A stretch of DNA of 64,000 nucleotides from Phormidesmis sp. GTDB taxonomy: Bacteria; Cyanobacteriota; Cyanobacteriia; Leptolyngbyales; Leptolyngbyaceae. Made by a program: the position numbers and the translations under genes. Each line of letters begins with the position of its first letter. Position 1 is the stretch's first letter. Location of the stretch: contig CBDFJR010000002.1 in the NCBI GenBank assembly GCA_965248535.1, forward strand, positions 2,272,001 through 2,336,000, read 5' to 3'. Below, one piece after another: positions 20,560 through 30,908 of this stretch. The notes under the pieces are model-generated. The model made no database searches. It was not told the origin of the DNA and saw only the letters and a list, made by a program, of their open reading frames with translations.

Positions 20560-23201
20560 GGGATGGGTAACGCTACGCGAAACACGGTGCGTCCCGGTTG
20601 GCTTTTGACCTCGATCGTGCCGCTGTGTTTTTCGATAATTTTGTGGCTGATGTCTAACCCTAAACCACTGCCTTCTCCGGCGGCTTTGGTGGTGAAAAAT
20701 GGCTCAAAAATGCGCGGCAAAATCTCAACGGGAATGCCACAACCACTGTCAACAATGCTGACGACGAGCTGGTTTAGGTCACGATCGTGGGCGATGCCAA
20801 TTTCTAGCTGACCTTTTTGATGCATTGCTTGAATCGCATTGTGAATTAAATTAGTCCACACCTGATTTAGCTCATCGGGGTAGACCAAAATCGGCGGCAC
20901 TGGCTGATAGTCACGCACTACCTCAATGCCTTGTTTGAGTTGATTTTGATAGAGCGTCAGCACGGTTTCTAGCCCGTCTTTGAGGTGGGACAGGCTCTTT
21001 TCACCTCTATAGTCCTGATGGGTATAGCTTTTGAGGGCAAACACAACTTTGGCGGCGCGCTCGACCGCCAGCAGAATATTCTCACTGTTGCTTTTAAGCC
21101 GGACTAGATTGTAGGCGAGTTGCAGCGTCCAATCGGCATGACGATCGCTAAACAGCGGCAAAAACGAATCAATCTGTTCATAGATGCCCATGTCTATTAA
21201 TGTGTCAGCGACGTGACGAGCCTGATCGATTTGATGGGTTTCTAAGTGATCGGTCAGCGATCGCTTCCACTGTCTTTTTTCGCGGGCGGTCGGATGGGTT
21301 TGAGTATGCAATCCGCGTTCTAAAAGAGCAAAAAATTTGATTTGCTGCTCATCTGAGAGAATCTGAAACAGCTTCGGCAGTTCTTGAAGCGATTCTTCTA
21401 ACGCTTTAGCTGTGTTGCCGCTAGCTGCCCGAATCGCCCCTAACGGCGTGTTAATTTCGTGGGCAACCCCGGCGATTAATTGCCCCAAGGCGGCCATTTT
21501 CTCAGATTGAATTAGCTCTTGCTGAGTCGCTTGCAGTTGATGCAGGGCATCGGCCAATTCCTGGTTGCTTTGGTAGAGGGCTAACTCAGCTTGCTTACGA
21601 TCGCTGACATCCCGAATCATAAACAGCACTTCGGCCTCGCCACTTTTGACAACCCTGACTTCTTCATATTGCAGGCGATCGTCAAAGGTCAGCGTTTGTT
21701 CATATAGCTGGGTTTTGCCTGTGGCTAACGCTTGGCGTAGGTAATGGAGTTGCTGCTGGGCCACCTCTGCGGGCAAGCATGAAAGGTGCTGACCGACTAC
21801 ATCAAAGCCGTCGGGCAAGAGATCTCTAAACTCGCTAGTTCTGACATAGCCTAAATAAAAGCCGTCGGCATTGACGCGATACATCAAGTCAGGAATGGCG
21901 GTGACAATGGCGCGAGTTTGGGATTCGTTATCCCGCAGGGCATCTTCGGTGCGCTGATGTTCAATAATTGATTGCTGTAGCTCGGCGGTGCGATCGCTGA
22001 CCTGTTGTTCTAGAGTTTGATTAGCGGTTTCGAGCAGCGATCGTGAGGTTTGCAGTTGCGTGGCCATGTTGTTAAACGAGGTGGCTAACTCGCCCAACTC
22101 ATCAGAGCGATTGATCGCCACAGACTGCCCCAACTGCCCTTGTGAAAACCGTTTGGCTGCCGTGTTGAGTCGCAAGATCGAACGCGTAATCGATCGGGCC
22201 ATCGTCATGCCGATCGCGGTGGCCAGAGTCAAAGCGGCCAGACAAATCAGGATTGCAGTTTGCAGGTTGGAATTATCTTGGGCGGTGAAGTCAGACTCTG
22301 GAACGACGACGACAATCAGCCAATCTAGCCCCTGACGATCGCTAAAGGGGGTCACCTGCACCCGTTGAGTAACTTGATTAAAGTCAAAACTAAGCTGATA
22401 GCTGCTGTAGATCGTGGCGAAGTTGTCAAACCGTTGGTGTAAATATTCAGCCGTGGCCCGCATCAGGGGCGATCGGCTCAACGCTGCATTTAAGCGACTG
22501 CCATCGGGCAAAAAGGGCTGCTCTGCCATTGACGAGGCCACCATCTGACCCGATCGCTCCATAATAAAGGCTTGCCCCGATCGGCCAATCTTAAGACCTT
22601 TTAAGTTTTGGCTGATGGGCAAAAGCTCAAAGTCAACCGAGAGCGCTCCAAGCAGCGTGCCCGACGGTTGATAAACGGGCTGCACCGTGGCAAAGCTAAG
22701 AGTGGGGGGAGACGTTGAAATCTGTAGCGGAGTCCAGGTGGGCTGTCTGGTGCGAAAAGCGGTTTGATACCAGTCTTTAGGGTGGGAGAGAGAGGAGCGA
22801 TCGGAGGGGCGATCTACCCGCAGCGATCGTCCTTGAGCATCGGTAAATGTGATCTGTTTGACTGTTTGAAACTGCTGAAGCTGTTGCTCAAACGATCGCC
22901 TCAGATCCAGAGAGTTTTGAGAATTAATTTGCTCTAGCCGAATGGCATCTGAGTTTATTTGTTGAACTAATAGAGGAGTCGCTAAGTAGAACTTGATGCC
23001 CTCTGCGATCTGTTCGGTCACTTCGGTTCGCAGATGGGCAGAGGCATCGTCAACCGTGCTTTGATTGCTTTTGACAACGAGATAGCTCGTGACCCCGATC
23101 GCAACGCCAATCTGAAGCAAAAAGGGCACGACTAACATCCATCGCAGAGAGGTTTTTTGAGATGAGTTAGAGAACCAATGTTTCAAAAGATTCAGTGCCA
23201 A
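20556..23201 (-). CDS. Membrane sensor histidine kinase (Cache-HAMP-PAS-HisKA-HATPase)
   Basis: Two TM helices, HAMP DELGELATSFN, GVAHEINTPL, NLIHNAIQA, GSGLGL. The start codon (TTG) is uncertain. Confidence 0.92.
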   Translation of the reverse strand: MALNLLKHWFSNSSQKTSLRWMLVVPFLLQIGVAIGVTSYLVVKSNQSTVDDASAHLRTEVTEQIAEGIKFYLATPLLVQQINSDAIRLEQINSQNSLDLRRSFEQQLQQFQTVKQITFTDAQGRSLRVDRPSDRSSLSHPKDWYQTAFRTRQPTWTPLQISTSPPTLSFATVQPVYQPSGTLLGALSVDFELLPISQNLKGLKIGRSGQAFIMERSGQMVASSMAEQPFLPDGSRLNAALSRSPLMRATAEYLHQRFDNFATIYSSYQLSFDFNQVTQRVQVTPFSDRQGLDWLIVVVVPESDFTAQDNSNLQTAILICLAALTLATAIGMTMARSITRSILRLNTAAKRFSQGQLGQSVAINRSDELGELATSFNNMATQLQTSRSLLETANQTLEQQVSDRTAELQQSIIEHQRTEDALRDNESQTRAIVTAIPDLMYRVNADGFYLGYVRTSEFRDLLPDGFDVVGQHLSCLPAEVAQQQLHYLRQALATGKTQLYEQTLTFDDRLQYEEVRVVKSGEAEVLFMIRDVSDRKQAELALYQSNQELADALHQLQATQQELIQSEKMAALGQLIAGVAHEINTPLGAIRAASGNTAKALEESLQELPKLFQILSDEQQIKFFALLERGLHTQTHPTAREKRQWKRSLTDHLETHQIDQARHVADTLIDMGIYEQIDSFLPLFSDRHADWTLQLAYNLVRLKSNSENILLAVERAAKVVFALKSYTHQDYRGEKSLSHLKDGLETVLTLYQNQLKQGIEVVRDYQPVPPILVYPDELNQVWTNLIHNAIQAMHQKGQLEIGIAHDRDLNQLVVSIVDSGCGIPVEILPRIFEPFFTTKAAGEGSGLGLDISHKIIEKHSGTIEVKSQPGRTVFRVALPIP

Positions 23202-23413
23202 ACTCTTGCTTGAGTGTCACACATTCAACCCGTTGGCACAACTTTGACGATCGACTTCATAATCTAGATAGTCTACGCGCCGATGCCGCTGCAAAGGTTG
23301 TTAGCGATGGCTAACTCTTTGTCGAAGCAGTGTCCCCTACGATTTGTTGATATTAATCTCATCCATCCCCTATCTGACTGAGCCGGAAAAATCACGATCG
23401 GGCGGTTCCTCAG

Positions 23414-23436
23414 AGTCAGGATATCCTGACTATAAT
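23414..23436 (+). promoter_or_regulatory. Perfect 18-bp palindrome abutting a TATAAT -10 box
   Basis: AGTCAGGATATCCTGACT at 23414-23431, TATAAT at 23431-23436, and AAGGA before ATG 23463. Confidence 0.7.
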
Positions 23437-23462
23437 GATTCACGAAAACTCAAGGAAACCAA

Positions 23463-24416
23463 ATGACGAGGCAGGCGCAGGGAACGAGTTTCTCGATCGT
23501 CTTAGAAACCGAAAATCTAGCCAACGCTGACCTGCAAGGATTGGTCAACGCGATCGCGTCTCTGTCTCACCAAGATCTGTCGCCCACTGCCGCCAACGAG
23601 GTGCTGTTAATCGATAGCGGTGACACGCCACCAGAGCTATTGGCGCAATGCCAACACTATCCCTGGCTTAAAGTGCACCATGCGCCACCGGGCACTCGCT
23701 ACTATCAAGTCAAAATGCTGGGTGCAGAACTCTCAACGGGAGCGATCGTAGTCTACTATGACTGTGATTGTCTTTATGAATCGAATTGGCTGAGTACCCT
23801 GCTGTCCAGTTTCACGCGGGATGACATTCAGATTGTGGCAGGCGAAACCACCACTCGCAGCGTCGGCATTTATGGCACTGCCATGGCGTTGACCTACATT
23901 TTCCCGCAGTATTCGGGGCGAAAACATCTAACACCTGTTGACCAATATTTTCTCAACAATGTGGCGTTTCGACGGGAGTTTTTGCTTCAGCATCCGATCC
24001 CGTTTGAGTTGCCGCTTTATCGCGGTCATTGCGCCCTTCACGCCCAAGCGCTGCGCCAGCAGGGATATACGATTTGGAGCCAGCCCCAAGCTAGAGCCAC
24101 CCACGCTCCGCCTAATGGGTTAGCTCATTTCTTTTGGCGCTTTTTGCTGATCGGACATGATTATTACTGGCAAAAAAAGCTCTCGAAAGGAACTGTTTCT
24201 AGCGATCGCGCCATGTCTGGTGTGAGAGGAAAAATGCAGGTGTTCTACGATCGCGTCAGCAAAATGGTCACGAACAATCCGCGTCATGGGATCTTTTTGC
24301 CATTGGCACTTCCGATCGTGATCAGTTCCGCCCTCCTAATCTATGTCGGCTATCTGATCACAGTCTGGAATCCGCACTATCTTCTAGAGACTTTTGACCA
24401 GGTTTTAGGCGAGTGA
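23463..24416 (+). CDS. Glycosyltransferase family 2-like protein
   Basis: FSIVLET, EVLLIDSG, YYDCDC (DxD) and a C-terminal TM segment. Confidence 0.75.
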   Translation: MTRQAQGTSFSIVLETENLANADLQGLVNAIASLSHQDLSPTAANEVLLIDSGDTPPELLAQCQHYPWLKVHHAPPGTRYYQVKMLGAELSTGAIVVYYDCDCLYESNWLSTLLSSFTRDDIQIVAGETTTRSVGIYGTAMALTYIFPQYSGRKHLTPVDQYFLNNVAFRREFLLQHPIPFELPLYRGHCALHAQALRQQGYTIWSQPQARATHAPPNGLAHFFWRFLLIGHDYYWQKKLSKGTVSSDRAMSGVRGKMQVFYDRVSKMVTNNPRHGIFLPLALPIVISSALLIYVGYLITVWNPHYLLETFDQVLGE

Positions 24417-24444
24417 TCAGTTACCCTGAATCGATCTCCAATCT

Positions 24445-27400
24445 TTAACGACTTTGATGAGTGGTTAAACTCACGATCGCCCTAATCAGTTGAACTAAAT
24501 CGAGCGGTTTGGCAATGTGCATTTGAAACCCAGCATCGATCATCATTTGGCGCTCTCGATCGCTGACATAAGCCGTGATCGCCGCCGCCGGAATCTGTCC
24601 CCCGACTTCAGCAGCTAGCGCTCTCACCTGCCTAATCAGAGCAAACCCATCTTCGTCTGGCATCCCGATATCTGCTAAGAGCACATCATAGGTGCCCTGA
24701 GAAGCCATCAGAGCCGCGATCGCTTCTTTGGCTGAGTCAACCACGACGACTTCTGCCCCCACGTCTTCTAAGACATATTTCATCAGGTCGCGAATATGCA
24801 TATCATCATCAACCACCAGAATGGTTAGACCTGTTAGAGAGGGAACCTCTTGACTCATCACCTCTAGAGGCTCTTTGGCTGAGGCTTCTAGCCCGATCGC
24901 TGGGATCACGTCGGGCAGCACAGAGCGCAGGGGTAACCTCACAATGATGGTGGTGCCTTGATCTTTGCCAAGGCTCTCTGCCTGCACCGTGCCGCCGTGC
25001 AGTTCTACCACATGACGCACGATCGACAACCCTAGCCCTAGCCCCTGACTGGCTTTGCTGGTGCTCGAATCGCCTTGACGAAAGCGATCAAACACATGGG
25101 TCAATAGCTCGGCTCGAATGCCTTGCCCATTATCGCTGACTCGAATCTCAGCATCAGTCTGTGTGGTCGATAGGGTGACATCTACTCGTCCGCCCGTGGG
25201 CGTAAATTTAACGGCGTTAGACAATAGATTCCACAGCACTTGCTGCAAGCGATCGACATCGCCCACAATCGTCGCAGAGGTCAGATGTGAAACGATTTGA
25301 ATCGATTTTGCCTCGGCAGAGAGTTGAACAGACTCGATCGCCGCATTCACGACCAAGACCAGATCTAGCCGATGGGTGTTGAGGTGCAGTTTGCCGCTGG
25401 TGATGCGGGAGACATCTAGAATATCTTCGATCAGTTGAGATTGGGCCCTAGCACTGCGATAGATCACCTCTAACGCCCGATCGTTGGTTGGTTTGTCTAG
25501 CTGACGAGTGCGAAGAAGCTGCGCCCAGCCAATGATGGCACTCAGCGGGTTGCGAAGCTCATGAGACAGGTTTGACAGAAACTCGTCTTTGGCGAGATTG
25601 GCAGTTTCTGCCTGTTGACGGGCTAATTGTTCCTGAGTCAGGCTCTGCGATCGCTCCGCTTCAAACTGCTTGCGCGCCGTGATGTCTTCGATCGACAGCA
25701 ACAGCCGTTGAGCCTCCCCTTCTTGAACAATCTTCCAACCGTTTAGCAGCATGGTTTTTTGCCCAATCTGCTCAAACTGATGTTCAACCTCAAAGTTTCG
25801 CAGGGGCAAATCGTTGACAAAGACATCTTCTAGAAGCGATCGCAGTCCGGCGATGTTCCACTGTCCGTTACCTAGATCAAAAATCAGCGATCGGGCAGTG
25901 TCGTTCGGTTCAACCTGAAACGTTTCATAGAACGATCGATTGGCTTTGTTGACGCGAAAATCAGACTCCAACACAATCAGCGGCACATGAACGGTTTCTA
26001 CGATCGCCTCTGCATAGTTTCGAGCTTCTTCTAACGTGGCAGCAGTGCGCTTGAGGGCATCAATATCGAGCAACACCAGCACGACCCCATCGATCTGATT
26101 TTCTGTGGTGCGATAAGGGCGAATGCGGAGCGTATACCAGTGTCCGCCCTGGGTTTGCACTTCTAACTCTTTGACGCTGAGGGTTTCTAACACCTCTAAA
26201 ATCAACGGCTCTAGGTCTGGAATGTTGAGATTGGTTCTGATGTCGCTCACAGGTCGCCCAGCATCAGTAGGAATGAAGTTAAATAACTGCTGCGCCATCG
26301 GCGTAAATCGTCGAATGCGTAGGTCGTGGGTCAACATCAAAATCGGGATGTTGATGCTAGCCAGCAGATTAGTCAGATCGTTGTTGAGCAGATAGAGTTC
26401 TGAGTTGCGGCTGCGGAGTTCGTCGTTGGTGGTGTTGAGTTCCTCATTGGTTGCCTGAATCTCTTCTTTGGCTGTTTCTAACTCCTCATTGGTGCTTTGC
26501 AGTTCTTCATTGCTTGACAAAATTTCTTCATTGGCAACTTTGAGGTCTTGATTGCCGTGTTCTTGCTCTTCAATTAGGGACTGTAAATAGGTCTGAGTCG
26601 CGGCCCGTTCTTGAATGGCATCTGCAAGCTCTTGCCTCAGCCGCACAATCTCTTGATCTAAATCTCCGAGGGGGCTTGCTAGAGCGACGAGGTTAGAACT
26701 GCTGTTGGGCAGAGCTTCGTCAAACAACACTAAAAAGCGGCGCTCTTCGGTCGGCGGCACCTTAAACGGAATCACCTGAAGATTGACGACTCTAGAGCGA
26801 TCGCCGTCTTTTAAATGCAGTCTGCTCTTTGCGGCAGGCACCTGCTGGTGTTGGGCTTGATAAATGGCCGCCCGTAGCTCAACCAGCAAGCCCGATCGCA
26901 CCAGGTTAAACAGGTTGAGGTTCGCGACTCCATGGGCCAATTTTAAGTAGCGATCGATGTCTCCCCGCAGTTGCAGCACTTGCATCTGGTCGTCAATCAC
27001 CACCCCGATCGGGGCGTAGTGATTTGCAATCAGTTGATCGACTTTTTTCTGTAGGTCAAACCGTTCGATCGGGCCCTGCATCGACTGAACACCGCTTTGC
27101 TTGACAATGGGATAACTGCTGGTGGCAAATGAAAAAGTGGCACGAGTAAGGGTTAGTTTCTTGGCATAGATTCTGTGCTTTTTCTCGATTAACGTAAATA
27201 AGTCTGAATACTTACCCGTGCTTTCTGACGTGCCGAGCAGCAAAAAGCCAGTTGGGTTAAGGCTGTAGTGAAAGATGGGCATGATCCGCTTTTGCAGCAG
27301 GTCGCCTAAGTAAATCAGCACGTTGCGGCAGCTAATCAAGTCAAGATTAGAAAAAGGCGGATCGCTGCCCAAGTTTTGACGAGCAAATACACAGAGTTCG

Positions 27401-28647
27401 CGCACTGACTTACTGATCTGATAGCCGCCGTGCTCAACGGGGTGAAAAAACTTGCGGCGGCGCTCTGGCGAGACATCCACCATCTGGTTTTCTGCATAGG
27501 TGCCCGATCGGGCTTTGTCGATCGCGATCTCGCTAATATCAGTGGCAAAAATTTGGATAGACGGCTGAGACGTGCGATCGGCTAAAAACTCTAGCAGGCA
27601 GATGGCGATCGAGTAGACTTCTTCACCTGTCGAGCACCCCGCCACCCAGATCCTAATCGGAGCCTCTGCCGACTTGTTTTGCACAAGAGTAGGAAAGACC
27701 CGCGTTTTCAGCAGATTAAACGTGTTGGGATCGCGAAAAAAGCGGGTGACATGAATCAAGATTTCTTCATACAGCGCTTTGACCTCAGCCGGATGCGCTT
27801 GCAGATAGACGGCATAGTCTTCTAGCTGGTCTAGCTTATACAACAGCATTCGCCGCTGAATTCGACGATCGAGAGTTTTAGGCTTGTAGTGGCTAAAGTC
27901 AACGCCCGTGGTGGATTGCAGCAGCACAAAAATCGTCGCAAGGGCATCTTTTGGCTCGATCGGCTCCGCGATCGGGATCAGAGGCAGGAGGCAAGCCAGC
28001 CGAGAGTTGCGACTGAGATTGACCAGTTCTTCAGCAATTTTTTCGGGCGGCAGCACAAAATCGACATTTCCAGTCGCGACGGCAGTGCTGGGCATGCTGT
28101 CAAATTTCGCCGTGTCTTCACATTGAGCAAAGGTTACGCCGCCTGCTGCCTTGATGGCCGTCAGCCCCAGTGACCCATCTCCATCGCTGCCTGACAAAAT
28201 GACCGCGATCGCTCGGTGCCCACGATCGATGGCTAGCGATACAAAAAAAGCATCTCCCGGCATATATTTGCCAAACACTTTTTCGCGGGGCGACAGTTGC
28301 AGCCTGCCCTCAGACAAAATCATTTTAGTGTTGGGCGGAATCACATAAACCTGGTTTGGCCCTACCGTCATGCCGTCTTGCCCTTCATGCACAGACATCA
28401 GGGTCACTCTCGTGAGAATCTCTTTTAACAGACTCTGGTGATTAGGGGCTAAATGCTGAATCAGCACAAAGGCCATGCCCGTGTTGGTGGGCAAATGGCT
28501 GAGGAGTTGTGTAAAGGCTTCTAACCCTCCCGCAGAAGCAGCAACACCTACAACCGGGAAGGGAGCCTCGATCGAGGTCTGGGGAAGCGCATCAAGTGCG
28601 TCTTCAGAACTACGGAACTGTGGTTGAGTAGGTAAGTCAGAAGTCAT
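24445..28647 (-). CDS. CheB-CheR-PAS-histidine kinase-receiver fusion
   Basis: CheB ASAGG/QHL/GSDG; CheR GCSTGEE/SCRNVLIY; NEEL coiled-coil repeats; SHELRNPL; C-terminal receiver. Confidence 0.93.
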   Translation of the reverse strand: MTSDLPTQPQFRSSEDALDALPQTSIEAPFPVVGVAASAGGLEAFTQLLSHLPTNTGMAFVLIQHLAPNHQSLLKEILTRVTLMSVHEGQDGMTVGPNQVYVIPPNTKMILSEGRLQLSPREKVFGKYMPGDAFFVSLAIDRGHRAIAVILSGSDGDGSLGLTAIKAAGGVTFAQCEDTAKFDSMPSTAVATGNVDFVLPPEKIAEELVNLSRNSRLACLLPLIPIAEPIEPKDALATIFVLLQSTTGVDFSHYKPKTLDRRIQRRMLLYKLDQLEDYAVYLQAHPAEVKALYEEILIHVTRFFRDPNTFNLLKTRVFPTLVQNKSAEAPIRIWVAGCSTGEEVYSIAICLLEFLADRTSQPSIQIFATDISEIAIDKARSGTYAENQMVDVSPERRRKFFHPVEHGGYQISKSVRELCVFARQNLGSDPPFSNLDLISCRNVLIYLGDLLQKRIMPIFHYSLNPTGFLLLGTSESTGKYSDLFTLIEKKHRIYAKKLTLTRATFSFATSSYPIVKQSGVQSMQGPIERFDLQKKVDQLIANHYAPIGVVIDDQMQVLQLRGDIDRYLKLAHGVANLNLFNLVRSGLLVELRAAIYQAQHQQVPAAKSRLHLKDGDRSRVVNLQVIPFKVPPTEERRFLVLFDEALPNSSSNLVALASPLGDLDQEIVRLRQELADAIQERAATQTYLQSLIEEQEHGNQDLKVANEEILSSNEELQSTNEELETAKEEIQATNEELNTTNDELRSRNSELYLLNNDLTNLLASINIPILMLTHDLRIRRFTPMAQQLFNFIPTDAGRPVSDIRTNLNIPDLEPLILEVLETLSVKELEVQTQGGHWYTLRIRPYRTTENQIDGVVLVLLDIDALKRTAATLEEARNYAEAIVETVHVPLIVLESDFRVNKANRSFYETFQVEPNDTARSLIFDLGNGQWNIAGLRSLLEDVFVNDLPLRNFEVEHQFEQIGQKTMLLNGWKIVQEGEAQRLLLSIEDITARKQFEAERSQSLTQEQLARQQAETANLAKDEFLSNLSHELRNPLSAIIGWAQLLRTRQLDKPTNDRALEVIYRSARAQSQLIEDILDVSRITSGKLHLNTHRLDLVLVVNAAIESVQLSAEAKSIQIVSHLTSATIVGDVDRLQQVLWNLLSNAVKFTPTGGRVDVTLSTTQTDAEIRVSDNGQGIRAELLTHVFDRFRQGDSSTSKASQGLGLGLSIVRHVVELHGGTVQAESLGKDQGTTIIVRLPLRSVLPDVIPAIGLEASAKEPLEVMSQEVPSLTGLTILVVDDDMHIRDLMKYVLEDVGAEVVVVDSAKEAIAALMASQGTYDVLLADIGMPDEDGFALIRQVRALAAEVGGQIPAAAITAYVSDRERQMMIDAGFQMHIAKPLDLVQLIRAIVSLTTHQSR

Positions 28648-28815
28648 AGGCTAAAGCCTAACACCCCCTTTAAGGATTGGTAGCTAAGTTTTGTGGGCTG
28701 AGTTGGGGCAGTGGGATCGGTCACTCAAACTCAGATTTGGCAGGCTTGATTGTTCTCGATCGCTGCTCAGAATCGCTAGAATCGAGAGGTATCCTGAAGA
28801 TTGAGTATAAAAGCG

Positions 28816-29508
28816 ATGTTGACTCGCCTGAGAGGTTCCTGGATTTGGATGGGTGCGATCGCGGCAACCCTCACTGCCAGCAGCTTAAATTCTCGTGCTA
28901 TCGCCGCGCCAACTCCGACTGATGGGCTGCCGATCGTGCGATCGGCGGTCTTGCAGCCAGATCTCCGAGTGCCGTGGTCACAGCCTGTCAGGGTGATTGA
29001 CCCATTTGAAGGCGAATCTCTGGCGGTGTTTGATCAAAATTATTTCACGAGGTCATTTCGCAACATCAAGAGTCAGGTTGAAGTCATCAGTCTGTGGCAG
29101 CCCAAATCTGTGAGCGTGTTGTTAGCCTATAGCGGCCGTGAGTGCTCGACTAGCGCGAGACGCAATTTTGGACTAGTCGCCCGACATTCTTTCCCATTGC
29201 GTCATCGATCATTTTCCTTTGGTCTAGGATATCATCCGTTTGATGATTTTCGCGATGACTTTTCTAATTCTGTTTGTGCTACCAATAACGGCATCCAAAA
29301 AATCACTAAGCTGTCTATCAAAGTGAACGATCTCGTGTTTCAGATTGATAATAAAAATGGTCAGTTTCCCATCAGTGCAGATCTTGCAACGGCCCTCAAA
29401 ACGGCCCCTGAAGAGAATGCTCAACTGAGAGCGATCGCAGATAACGGTGAGATTATCGATAGCGCGATCGGACTAGGAACAGTCAAAGCTTGGAGAAGCA
29501 TTTACTAA
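28816..29508 (+). CDS. Hypothetical exported protein
   Basis: Long ORF (open from 28801) with a signal-peptide-like N-terminus ending AIA-APTP. Confidence 0.7.
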   Translation: MLTRLRGSWIWMGAIAATLTASSLNSRAIAAPTPTDGLPIVRSAVLQPDLRVPWSQPVRVIDPFEGESLAVFDQNYFTRSFRNIKSQVEVISLWQPKSVSVLLAYSGRECSTSARRNFGLVARHSFPLRHRSFSFGLGYHPFDDFRDDFSNSVCATNNGIQKITKLSIKVNDLVFQIDNKNGQFPISADLATALKTAPEENAQLRAIADNGEIIDSAIGLGTVKAWRSIY

Positions 29509-29533
29509 TCACTCAAGGGACTATAGCGGGTGA

Positions 29534-30670
29534 TCACTCCCACGGTCTGATCAAGCCATCGCCTTCGATTCGCAGTTTGCGCCCGCGCCAATAGACCCCG
29601 CGCCCAAATGCACCCATCACCCACACCCCAAAACTAAGACCATCTCGCAGTGGCAACACCCAAAACCAGCGCAGCAGCGTTGAGCAATTGAGATCAACCG
29701 CCGCCACCCAAGCTTGCCCATAGCGAAGGGTGACCGTCGCCAGCGTCAGCCCGATCGCCCAGGGAGCAAATCTAGTTATCAACAACAGCGGTAGACAATA
29801 AACGGTGCCGTAGCAAAATGCCATGGTGTAATAGACCCAACCGCGATTGAAGCGAATGGTTCTTGCCCAGCGCAGTTCTCGTTTGGCGAGTTGCCCAAGG
29901 CTTTCGCGCCCGGTGTCTGACTCTAAAACATAGCGAGATAACTCAACGTGATAGCCTGCACTAGCGGCTCGTTTACCTAAGTTGCAGTCAGAGCCAATTC
30001 GATTGAGGTGCAGTCCGCCCAAGTTGGCTAGGGTGGCTTGGCGAGTGGCGATCGTAGCCCCCACTGCAAACTTCAGCCCGCCATCTAGCGCTCGCGCAAT
30101 CAGCGCACTAGGGATAAAATCACAGCATCGCCCGATCGAGGCCAGCGCCGACCCCAAAAACTGTGGGTTGTGGGCCACAAAAGCACAGGTGACTAGCCCC
30201 ATCTTCGGGTCTATGAGAGGCTCAGTCACGGTTTGAACATAGTCAGAACTGACCCGAATATCACTATCAGCAAAGATAACCACCTCATAGCGGGCTGCTT
30301 CTAACAAATAGCTAAGAGTGCTGTCTTTATAGTTGATCCCACGAGGCGACAATCCCACCAACAAGCGGGCCCGATCGGGGAACAACTTCACTAACTTCTC
30401 CAACACCGGAACAGCAGGATCGGTGGGATCAACTACCCCAAACAGCACCTCATAAGGCTCATAATGCTGCTTGCAAAAGCTAGACCAATTTTCCCACGCC
30501 CCTTCGTCTAGCCCGCAAACAGGCACCAAAATTGAGACTCCCTCCGTGAAAACTTTGTCACCGGATGCAGGGATCGCAAAAAATTGCCGGGTAAACCAAA
30601 GACAGGCACTATAAAAACCGATCGAGCCAACCAGCAAAACCGACAAAATGGCTGCCAACGAAATTATCAT
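29534..30670 (-). CDS. HpnI/ceramide glucosyltransferase-like glycosyltransferase
   Basis: N-terminal TM, VSILVPVCG, FADSD (DxD), RELRW, and C-terminal WRGR. Confidence 0.8.
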   Translation of the reverse strand: MIISLAAILSVLLVGSIGFYSACLWFTRQFFAIPASGDKVFTEGVSILVPVCGLDEGAWENWSSFCKQHYEPYEVLFGVVDPTDPAVPVLEKLVKLFPDRARLLVGLSPRGINYKDSTLSYLLEAARYEVVIFADSDIRVSSDYVQTVTEPLIDPKMGLVTCAFVAHNPQFLGSALASIGRCCDFIPSALIARALDGGLKFAVGATIATRQATLANLGGLHLNRIGSDCNLGKRAASAGYHVELSRYVLESDTGRESLGQLAKRELRWARTIRFNRGWVYYTMAFCYGTVYCLPLLLITRFAPWAIGLTLATVTLRYGQAWVAAVDLNCSTLLRWFWVLPLRDGLSFGVWVMGAFGRGVYWRGRKLRIEGDGLIRPWE

Positions 30671-30908
30671 CTCAACTCATAAAACACTGCAAAATACCCC
30701 TGTTGTAGCGCTTTGAGCTTTAAAGACGCAACTCTGCGCCAACGACAAAACTAGTTCATCGCTTAGTATTCGCAATTTTTAATAGAGATAACACCCGTCT
30801 TTTGGAAGTCTTATAGAAAAAGGAGAGCCTGAGAACCCGCAAAACCCATCGTGCTTCAGCCGTGGGATGTAGCGAGGGTTCTCGCGCCTGCTGCTGCAGG
30901 CAGAGTCA

